DNA from: Welwitschia mirabilis
Lineage: Eukaryota
DNA length: 63,957 nucleotides
NCBI GenBank assembly: GCA_051453625.1
Contig: JBOZIK010000001.1
Coordinates: 47,816,357-47,880,313 of the forward strand
Reading direction: 5' to 3'
The notes under the pieces were generated by a model, which saw only the letters and a program-made list of their open reading frames with translations, did no database searches and was not told where the DNA came from. The translations under genes and the position numbers were made by a program. Below are positions 11,911-22,532 of this stretch, piece after piece; positions within the stretch are counted from its first letter, which is position 1; the number at the start of each line of letters is the position of its first letter.

Positions 11911-13264
11911 TCACTTCACGTCTCTCACCATCAACTCGACCATGCGCTTCAGGTTTTTCTCAGAAGTGCCGCCGAACACCGCCTGCTGCGCATTCTTCCG
12001 AAACTTTTCACAATTCTTTCGCAAATCCAAACTCTCATTTTCGTTCATCAGCTTGAGAACCATTGCCTTCACAGACTCCCTTTGCACTGTCTCATCCATC
12101 TCATACCCGACCTTCCATTCTGCGCTAACAAATCTTCTGTTCGTCTGCTGCTCCGCGAAGAACGGCCAACTTATCATCGGCACTCCTGCACAAATACTCT
12201 CCAAAGTCGAATTCCATCCACTGTGCGTAAGAAATCCTCCCACCGCCCAATGACACAAAACCTTCAGCTGCGGTGCCCATCTTACAAAACACGCCCTCTC
12301 TTTCGTTTTCTCGACAAACTCTGCAGGTAGCAAGGCCGAATCGCCCTTTACTAGATCTGGCCGGATTACCCACAAAAATGGTTGCCTGCTCGCTTCCAGA
12401 CCCCACGCAAATTCTTCGAGTTCCTGCGGAGTTAGGACGGTTATGCTGCCGAAACAGACGTAAAGAACGGACTTTGGCTGTTGTTTGTCTAGCCAGTTTA
12501 AGCAGGAGATTTCTTCTTTCCAGAGGCTTGTGCTGATAGGAGTTTTGCCTCCGTAGGCAAGCAGCACGGGTCCGACGGAGGCAACTTTGCCGGAGAATCT
12601 TTGGTTGAGGTCGGCGAGCACCGGGCCTTCGAGATCTTCCCAGGTGTTGATAACAATGAGATCTGCGTCTCCGATCTCCTGTGTTTCTCTCTGCAGGTAC
12701 TGGAACATGAAGTCCGCTATTTCAGTTACGTGGCAGAAGCTTGTTAGATCCTTCACGCGCAGGCACTCCATTTTCGGTATGCACGTCACCGGCTTCTGCA
12801 TCCTTTCTCTTCTTTCTGTCTCATTCTCTGCTCAAAGCAACTCCAAATGCAGAAATTACGAAAAATTGAGAAATCTTGACACAGATATCGCATGCTCACG
12901 ATTAGAAAATGATGAAATTGATCAAAAGATTAAATTAAGAAGAATGATATAATTATGAAAGATGAGGTAAACGAAATAATTCGTCCGTTGATAATGGAAA
13001 GATCGCCGAAATGATATTATTCATTAACTTCAAAATTCACAGCTTCAAGAGGAAAGGTTAGAAAAACTACATAACTAATAAAAATAATATAATTAATCAG
13101 ATTCAGTGGCTTTAATTTATCAAAACCAACTCCAAGTGGAGATTGAAAAAGATGGGTTGAAAATATTAGATAAGAAACCAAAAAATAAATAAAATATTAT
13201 TACTGAATATACGTGTACATGTATATAGTTAAAACAAATACCGGGCAAAGGGATAAGGCCGGAG
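11911..13264 (-). CDS. Family-1 UDP-glycosyltransferase, UGT85-like; exon 2 = 12827-11911, intron 13241-12828, end of exon 1 = 13264-13242, rest in gap or missing
   Basis: Complete PSPG box WAPQLKVLCHWAVGGFLTHSGWNSTLESICAGVPMISWPFFAEQ; CLNWLDKQQPKSVLYVCFGS; FLWVIRPD. GT-AG phase-1 intron joins SGLIPLP-G|AG-NETERRERMQKPVTCIP in frame, at the position typical of UGT85-type genes. Confidence 0.95.
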
Positions 13265-13364
13265 NNNNNNNNNNNNNNNNNNNNNNNNNNNNNNNNNNNN
13301 NNNNNNNNNNNNNNNNNNNNNNNNNNNNNNNNNNNNNNNNNNNNNNNNNNNNNNNNNNNNNNNN

Positions 13365-13707
13365 CAGGGATTGAAGTTTTACTGTCATTACCTTGGCAGA
13401 TCCTTGGTATTCGGTTTTGAGAATTGTCCATGCTTGCTTGAACGAAGTTGCTGCTGCAATTCTTGATTAAGATAGTTTCATCCACTGCATGTTGGATGAA
13501 GAACAAAGCTTTAGCATCCTTCTTCTAGTTCTCTTTGTGTTAAGCATCATCTGAACTTTCATCTAGATAACCGCTCTCAACAAAGTCCCACAAATCCTAG
13601 GATTTGAAGAGAGTTTTCATCTTGATACTTCAAAATTCATACAAATCCCCTTTGAATATGGGAATCTGTGGTTGAGAAACAATCATTGCAGTTTTTCTTT
13701 AAGCCAT
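13365..13707 (-). pseudogene. second copia gag 5' fragment
   Basis: Homologous to 11430-11619 but retains the DLWD...DAKALFFIQHAVDETI segment deleted in the other copy; runs into the gap. Confidence 0.92.
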
Positions 13708-13786
13708 CTTGCTAAAAAAAAAAAGGAAAAGAAAAGAAAAGAAGGAAAAAAAAGAAAAAAATGAAGCCTAGGTTGNNNNNNNNNNA

Positions 13787-13798
13787 GCTCTGATACCA
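13787..13798 (-). promoter_or_regulatory. primer-binding site (initiator tRNA-Met)
   Basis: Perfect TGGTATCAGAGC on the - strand. Confidence 0.92.
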
Positions 13799-13801
13799 CA
13801 A

Positions 13802-13950
13802 TGAAGGATTTTGACAAAGTAAGAAAGTTAAAGAAAAAAATGAGGAAACAAACTTGTTGTCACTAACGCTTTAAGAGCAACAACTTAATAGAAACTGAAT
13901 CTGATAACAAGCTAACTTTGAATCAGTCTTCTTTAACTTATTCTTCAACA
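13802..13950 (-). repeat. copia 5' LTR with internal deletion (149 bp)
   Basis: Same termini as the other two LTRs; central part containing the TATA-like tttata missing; followed by AGAAG. Confidence 0.92.
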
Positions 13951-15949
13951 AGAAGCTTTAGATCTTGGAGAAGATTGACAAAAGCTACTGCCTCAGATGG
14001 GTGAACTATCAGAGTTGATCTTAACGCCAGTGCTGGGTAACCGGTGGTTCCATTTTACATAATATCTTCTCTAGAGTCATTTGAAAAGCCGACTTTCGAT
14101 GCAAAGCTTGAGAACTTTCAAGAGAATTCATATTAGAAATATTGATGAAGAGTTTGATGAGAAAATTTTGGCAGTTTATAGCGATGATACAAGCAACGAC
14201 ACTTATTCCGCTCAGATATTAACTGATTGCTCCTTGGCTTTCAAACACTCTTCACCTGTGTATGGATTCTTTTACTAAACGTCCGCTTCTTGTGATAATT
14301 TGTTATTCTAAAGACATATTAGCGTAACAGTTAGACAAGAAGTGAAACAAGGCGTGGGTCGTTGGTTTGAATCCGCCTGTATATTATTTTCCACATTTCA
14401 AGTCGCGGGTTCTGCTGAGCAACCGTCTACGGCTGTGCCTATCTCAACGCAGTCTCACAAGTTGAAATGTTGACATTATTATTGGCTAAACTATTGCTGA
14501 CATAGGAGAGCCCATATGACCGCCATTTTGTTTCGTTGAGGGTCTAGAATCTTATGTAATTTCGGTTTATTTCCCCTAATATTATACATATTTTAATTTT
14601 TATGAAAGTCTTTAACATATTTGTATAGATGTTTTGTATCACTTCCTATTTCTCTTTTTTCTTTCTCTAATAGGTTTTAAGGATATTGAAGCCATCAAAG
14701 GAGTCTATTTTCTTTCTATCTTTCTTTTTGCATTGCATCTTTACTTTTAGTACTGCATTATTTTTTAATTACTGCATTGTATTGCATTTTTTCAATCACT
14801 TATTACATTTTAGGGTTTTTGTATTTTATCTTATATATCCTTAGTATTGTTAGCTTGTTACATCCACATGCTACTTTAACTCATTTTTTCCTTTATTTTC
14901 TTCTTATATTTTTATTGTTCCTTTTTCTTGAGAAGCATTAGTTCTGCCATCAGATCTAGCCAACATCAGTGCCCTTTTCTTGAGAAACATCATAAAACCT
15001 TTTGAAACTTATGTTTTAAACTTCTTTTAGCTTTTGAAATATCTTATTGCCCTCCAATCTTCTAAAATATTACATGAATTAGAAACATAGGTCTAATAGT
15101 AGACTCCACTAAACTTCTCCTGATAACATGAATCATAATCCTTACTCCTCCTTATAAAATCGTGAACCCCATTTTTTATCTAGTTTTCGGTCTAAGTAGA
15201 TTGTAGAAGATTACATTTAACATCAATAATTTGATACTTCTTCATGCATTACTCAATGTTCTAATGAACATTTATGGAACTCTACATCCAATACCATTCA
15301 ATCTTTATCTTACTTCAATGATTTAGAACCTAAATATCCTTACTCTTACCTAAAGAATTTTGAATCTATGTATTTCACCATTTCTTATGACTTTCACCCT
15401 TTCTTATTACATGAATTTTCTTCACCCTGTAATATATATTTGCTATATCATTCATATTTTCATCAGTATCCTTCTTCCTATGATAATCATTGTTCTACCT
15501 CAGATTCCTTAGAAGATAAGTTATAGAAAATCCTCAAAGATCTTTCCCAAACCTCTTTCACATTCTAAGAAATAGAGAAAAATATGTAATGATTAAATCA
15601 CACTTACATCCATTTCCTTTCTTCATTTAATCATCATAAGTTAGAGTATACATGTATTGAGGAGACTCAATCCATATCCATTAGGAGCGAGGAATAAACC
15701 AATGAAAACCTGTAGAATGAAAAATCATGTAATGAGAAGGAAGTTAAAGTTGAAGCCACATGAATTCCATCATGCAAGGAATCCTTATCTTCTTCTTAAT
15801 ATTTCTATAAGTATATGTCTGAATGGGGCATGCTTCATATTTCAAATTAGAAGTTGATATTTCAATTAAGTTAAAATCAGTCCTTAGTGACATCAAACAA
15901 GCCTTTCTAGATGATAAATTGATTTTTCTAATGGTCATCAACTCATCCT

Positions 15950-18700
15950 TATCCCTCTCATAGGAAAATTCTTTGCTAGAATTATTGAAGAAACATAAGC
16001 AAAATTTAGATTAGATACTATTAGAATTATAGACATTGATCTAAATATTTGAATTCATCATATTTACATTAAGAAAAATGCTAAACCTTTTATTGAATCC
16101 CAAATACAAAGTAATCCAACCTTGAAAGAAGTAGTTAAGAATTAGGTTATCAAACTCTTAAATAATGACATCATTTATCCAATCTCTAATAGTAAATGAG
16201 TGAGTTTAATTTAAACTATAGCCAAGAAATCTAGAATTACTTTAATGCCTAATGAACATAATTAACTCATTCTTACTAGGCCTACTATGAAGTAGAGAAT
16301 GTGCATTGATTATAGAAAACTAAATGTTGTAATTATAAAATACAAGTTTCCTATTTCATTCTCTAATTATATTCTTGAACAACTTGTCTGACATACTTTC
16401 TATCGCTTTTTCTATACATATTTATGTTATAACTAAATAGACATTTTTTCTAAATATTAATATAAGACCACTTGCAGTTGTCCTTATGGGATGTTTGCTT
16501 ATAAATAAATGTCTTTTGATCTTTGCAATTCTCCTACTATTTTTCAAAGTTGTATGATTAGTTTTTTTCCCCTTATTTCTTAGATTCTTGTGTACAAATC
16601 TTTATGAATGTATTTTATGTGTATGAAACATGTTTTATTGTTATCTCCATAGTATTGATCTTTTCCTCTTATTATTGATTGAAAATTCCTTATCTTGAAT
16701 TGGGAAAAGTGTTATTTCATGGTTAGTAAAGGAATTATATTATGACACATCATTTCTTTAGAAGTAATTCAAATAAATCCTACCAAAATTTATGTAATCA
16801 TCCATCTTTCTATCCTATAGAAATAAACAAACATTAAATTGTTTTTAGGCCACGCAAGGTACTAGAGGAGATTCATCCAAAACATTAGTAAAACCTCTAA
16901 ACCTCTTTGTGACCCATTTAGTAAAAATGCCTCTTTTGAATGAACACAAGAATGCTAATAATATTTTGCTAAACTCAAAGAAATAATTACTACTACATGT
17001 ATTATTCACCACATAATTGAAAATTACTCTTTAAGATTATGTGTAATTCTGTTAATTATGGAGCTAGTGTTATCTTAGTCCAAAGAGTGAATAAGAAACC
17101 AACTGTGATCTATTATAAAAGTAATACCTTGAATGACAATGAACTCATCTGCATAGTTACTAAGAAAGAGTTTATCCCACTGGTTTTTTATTTATAGAGA
17201 TTTAGGTAATATCTTCTTGATTCTAAAGTTATTATTTACACTAAACATTCTATCATTAAATATCTCTTTACCAAGAAAAATTCCAAACATGATTGATTAG
17301 ATGGATATTCTTATTATAGTAATTCAACTTCAAAATCAAGGACAAAAAGGGCTTTGATAATGTAGTAATTGATCATCTTTGCTAAATCACTTAAAACATT
17401 TTTTATGATTTCATTTTAATTAATTATACCTTTCTTGATAAACATCTCTTCTCCATTTTAAAGTTCCTTAATTTGCTGACATTGCTAATTACTTGATTTC
17501 TAAAGTTATTTCTTCTCATTAGAACCCTAATGATATGAATAAATCATTAAGACAAGTAAAACAATTCCTTTGGAATAGTCCTTATTTTTTAAAATATTTC
17601 CCTAATCAAATCATTCAAAGATGCATTCCTTAGTTTAAAATATATGATATTCTTAAACTTTCTCATTTTGATGCTTATGTTGGTCATTACTTTATCATCA
17701 AAATGGGGACAAGAATTCTCCAATGTGGTTTTATTGGCCTTCCATTTTTGAAGACTCTTATCTCTCTGATGAATCTTATGAAAATTATCAAAATCTTGGA
17801 AGATTTACAAAAGAACACATGATGCCCTTAAATCCCATCCTTATCATTGAAACTTTGGATATTAAGGGAGTTGATTTCTAAGTTCTATATCCTCCTTTTA
17901 ATGGATACTAATACATCCTCATTTATCTTGAATATGTTACTAAGTGGGTACAAGAAGGCTCTTATAAGAACAATGATACCTAAATAGGAGTAAAATTGTT
18001 TAGGAAAAATATCTTAACCAAATTCAATTATGCTAGATTTTGATTAATAATGGTGATTCTCACTTTTAGAATAGGATATTCAATAAGATTCTTACCAAAC
18101 ATGTGGTTACTCATAAAGTTACCACTTCATATCACCTCCAAACTAGTGGACAAGTTGAAATTACTAATAGGAAGATTAAAAACATATTATAAAAAGTGGT
18201 AAGCTCAACTAAAAAATATTGGTCTTATAAGTTGAATGATTTTTGTGGGCATATAGAATTACATGTAAGACACCATTAGGTATATCACCATTTAGGATAA
18301 TTTATGATAAGGCTTATTATCTTCTTATATAATTTGAGCATAAAGCTTATGGGACCATCAAAAACATAAACTTAGAACTTGACATGGTAGGAAAACATAG
18401 AGCTATTAGTTTCAATGAAATAGATGAGCTTAGGAATGATGCTTATGAAAACATAAAAACCAATAAGAAAAAGATGAAGAAGTTCCATGGTCAATATATC
18501 CTTAAGAAAACTTTTAAAAAAGAAGATTTGGTTTTAGTATATAATTTAAGATTGTATTTTTTTCTTGGAAAACTAATCTCAAGATTTCTATGGTCATGCA
18601 CTATTAAAAACATATTACTTAATGGAGCCTTTCTCATAAAGAATCTAAAGAACCATGTCTAATTCAAATTCAATGATCACTATCTTAAACCATTTCATCC
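15950..18700 (+). pseudogene. Athila-like Ty3/gypsy pol (RT-RNaseH-integrase), heavily decayed
   Basis: NPTLKEVVKN*VIKLLNNDIIYPISNSK*VS...KKSRITLMPNEHN*LILTRPTMK*RMCIDYRKLN (Athila-type insertion before RMCIDY); [42 protein letters not shown]; many stops. Confidence 0.92.
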
Positions 18701-20279
18701 TTCTCTTCGATCTTCTTATGAGTTCATGATACTTCATAATCCTTGTTAATGGACCTTTTGTAAGAATTAAATAATAAAGTAATCTTGTATCACTTAAAGC
18801 ATGATAGATGTTTGGTAAGGTTTTTAGTTTCATGAGTTAGATATTTGCAAATTTTCAAGTCCTTTATTAATGTTTTCATTTATTTTACTTCTTCAATTTG
18901 GTAAATTTAAGGAAAAAGATGGTTTTCTACTTTCATGATTTGATTTCCTTTTAAGCCATTCAGGGAATTGAGATTATTTCTATATTAGACTAATGAGTTA
19001 ATGACCCCTTTTATGTCCTTATTAAGGAAAAAGAAGGAAAGACAGAAAGTGTGTAAGAGAGAGAGAAAAAGAAAAGATTAAAGCAAAAATACTAGAAAAC
19101 TGTTGAAGCCCTTCCAAAGCATATTATTTTATGAATCATTACTATTAGATTTAGTTAACTGCATTGGGGCTTTGGATGCCTACTAACAATGTATCTCTAA
19201 TAATTCATTTGTGGTACATTCAACTACATTGGATCTATAAACACTTACTAGCAATGAAGCATCAAATTCTTCAAATACAGCATCTTAAATATATTAGAAT
19301 AAAGTACCATAATATTAAATGTTCAATATAATCAAATGCTTGACATTATTACTCGTGGAAGTAGAAGGGAAATGGAATAAAATTAAGGTGGGATTAGAGA
19401 AATTTTTTAATATGCTTATTTTGATATATTATAACTTGGGATTCTTTGGTTACTCTTGATTATGCAAAATTTACTAATTGATACTTTTCTTTATTTAGTA
19501 AAGAATCCATTCAAAAAGTATAAGACATTTTAACCCAAAAAAAAGATTAGAACATTAACTTACATTCATCAAGTATTTTTTATTCATAGGATGGTGGGAT
19601 TCATTATTTTTATTGTATCATTTCCCAATTTAATTTTTCATTTCGAGCCATATCATATCAAATTTTTTCTGTTTATGAGAAAGCACACTAAAAACCACAT
19701 TTGTATTTCTTGTGATATGATCTCTCTATCCAAGTTTAGATCCATGACATATTAATCGTATATTTTGATAGAGCTTGGTAACATAATGGTTTTAATTTTA
19801 ACTCATTTCTATAAAACCAACACATTTAAATTTTCATAACATCTTACATGCTAGATTTTAATAACCCTTATGATCATTTGCACCTTCTCCTCTAAGCTCA
19901 TGCACTTCTGCCCAACTTCACTAGCTCCACTACTAGTCCGGACTGGCACTGCCATCTATTTTCATTATAGTTAGTTCATACTTTATACATCATGTTTTCA
20001 CTACATCTTATATTACTACAATCTATTTGTAAGTTGATTTTTAGTCTAGAACATTATCTATTATTTATTTTAATTTAATTCTCCAATTATTTTCCTTCTA
20101 ACTTTATCACATATTGCTCTTTCAATTTCCTTTGTTTTTCTCTTTTCCCCTTTCTTCATTTTTATCATTGCAAGTCACCATGAGTGGGAGATAAAGATTT
20201 CTCATATAGGAAGGAATTCTTACTTCTTTTTTTAATCTTTATGCTTCATTCTGTCTTATTAGAATTAAAACTAGAGGAT

Positions 20280-20640
20280 GAGACTACCTATTAAAAGAAG
20301 AGAATACCTACTCCTATCCCAAATAAATATTAGAGTTTTACAAGAATGTAACATATGATGATACATATTCTTGGATACTCCATTTCTAAATTTATAATAC
20401 TTCATTTACTATTTCCTTAGGTGATTTAAAGATCAGCTTTGGTTTGAAAGATTATGACGATTTAAGTTTCAACCTTAGAAAAACTATTATCTTTTATTGT
20501 AATGCCTTAAATGTTGAATATACACCCAATAGAGAAGGAGCCTTTCCATGTAGACTTCTTTATAAAAATCAACTAGAACTTTTTAAATTTATTATTAGAA
20601 CCATTTCACTTGCATCCCATATTAAAAATTCTTATAGTAG
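20280..20640 (+). pseudogene. 5' half of the extra (env-like/Transposase_32-like) ORF of the Athila-like element
   Basis: Lies 3' of pol; YPK*ILEFYKN near 20315; ...QLELFKFIIRTISLASHIKNSYS joins in frame to 30244 once the insert is removed. Confidence 0.6.
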
Positions 20641-22532
20641 TATTGTGGTATGTATTTATGCAAATGTTAGATCCTTAATCAAATCCTATCAATCACAAAT
20701 ATATGTATAAACACAACACACTAATATAGACAAGAGTCAACTCGAATGTCATAATCCATCAAATGCATTAGGCTCAAAGCTAGAGAATTGATTTAAGCAA
20801 TGTGTTTCTGTATTTTTTTAAATTCTTTAAAATAAAAATCAACAATGTAGAATAATAAACACAATAATGCAATACAAATGTAAACTAATCTAAACGTAAT
20901 ATCTATCCGACTATCAAATCTCTGTCACCAAGGTCGACCCTATATAACCTAGATCAATCAAGAAAATTGTTACTATTCCTAACCAATCTAGGTTATTAAG
21001 TACATAGAACAAAATATGAAAAACATGGAACAATTAATTTAATAAATATAAAATACAATGCAAGTTCCTAAACTAATGATTTCAACCTTCATAAAGGTTC
21101 CTCTTAATAACATATATCCCAAATGAAGTTATCACAGAATTATAAGCAATATAAACCATAAGGAACATGCATATGAATATAAAAACTAAAAGAAGATTTC
21201 CATTAAAAATTAAACCAACATCTTATTATAAATAAGCAACAACTCAATGAAGGGAACATAGCCCAACACTAAGGAAGACTCCTTTCTACAACTAGCAGAT
21301 GGACCTTTGGCCCTTTGATCCTTTATCATGAGAATTTTTGGTGCCATGAAGATGATCAGAGTTAAAGATGAAGGTAGTATTTATTAACAATAATAGAGTC
21401 AAAAATAGCAAATCTAATAAATGCAACCAAAACCCTAATAGTGCATGAAAATCACATGACACATTTCACAAGTTTGATNNNNNNNNNNNNNNNNNNNNNN
21501 NNNNNNNNNNNNNNNNNNNNNNNNNNNNNNNNNNNNNNNNNNNNNNNNNNNNNNNNNNNNNNNNNNNNNNNNNNNNNNNNNNNNNNNNNNNNNNNNNNNN
21601 NNNNNNNNNNNNNNNNNNNNNNNNNNNNNNNNNNNNNNNNNNNNNNNNNNNNNNNNNNNNNNNNNNNNNNNNNNNNNNNNNNNNNNNNNNNNNNNNNNNN
21701 NNNNNNNNNNNNNNNNNNNNNNNNNNNNNNNNNNNNNNNNNNNNNNNNNNNNNNNNNNNNNNNNNNNNNNNNNNNNNNNNNNNNNNNNNNNNNNNNNNNN
21801 NNNNNNNNNNNNNNNNNNNNNNNNNNNNNNNNNNNNNNNNNNNNNNNNNNNNNNNNNNNNNNNNNNNNNNNNNNNNNNNNNNNNNNNNNNNNNNNNNNNN
21901 NNNNNNNNNNNNNNNNNNNNNNNNNNNNNNNNNNNNNNNNNNNNNNNNNNNNNNNNNNNNNNNNNNNNNNNNNNNNNNNNNNNNNNNNNNNNNNNNNNNN
22001 NNNNNNNNNNNNNNNNNNNNNNNNNNNNNNNNNNNNNNNNNNNNNNNNNNNNNNNNNNNNNNNNNNNNNNNNNNNNNNNNNNNNNNNNNNNNNNNNNNNN
22101 NNNNNNNNNNNNNNNNNNNNNNNNNNNNNNNNNNNNNNNNNNNNNNNNNNNNNNNNNNNNNNNNNNNNNNNNNATTATGGGGATGATGCCACATCAACAC
22201 AGGTCTACATTAGTATGCATCTTTGTCTAGTTGACATCCTAATCAGCTTATAAGTATTGTTGTCCTATACTATCATCTAGATGATGTAGGGAACAACAAG
22301 CTTCGTAATTATCTTTTATCAAGTGAATTTGGCCTTGATAACATTAATTATTCCTCAAAATATGAAATATTAGAATTGATCCAAAATGCCTCTTAATGTC
22401 TTGGTAGTTGTGCATTTCCATAATTTTCTATTTAACACTTAATAATCATTGTTTTTCACTTAAATCTGTTTAAATCTCTTACAAAACTACTCAAAATACC
22501 CCATCAAAAACATATAATTTGGCATCGCAACA
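20641..22532 (-). repeat. 3' LTR of the nested element (contains an N-gap)
   Basis: 20860-21478 and 22175-22532 align by eye with 29205-30238; termini resemble the LTR at 58326-59424 in reverse. Confidence 0.85.

Larger units (their letters stand above)
7694..13950 (-). mobile_element. Composite three-LTR Ty1/copia unit enclosing a UGT gene
   Basis: Related LTRs at 7694-7938, 11673-11891 and 13802-13950 in the same orientation; identical AGAAG at 7689-7693 and 13951-13955; PBS after both upstream LTRs; single PPT; N-gaps at 13265-13364 and 13776-13785. Confidence 0.72.

Noticed and set aside
11911-12827. Horizontal transfer suggested by the higher GC of the UGT
   Set aside because: Plant-type PSPG box and conserved intron; the WRC gene region is similarly GC/CpG-rich, so this looks like normal host gene composition
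11885-12952. Several + strand and alternate-frame ORFs over the UGT
   Set aside because: Shadow ORFs of a GC-richer coding exon
21441-22253. Long ORFs through N-runs (also 51272-52179 and other X-rich ORFs)
   Set aside because: Artefacts of assembly gaps
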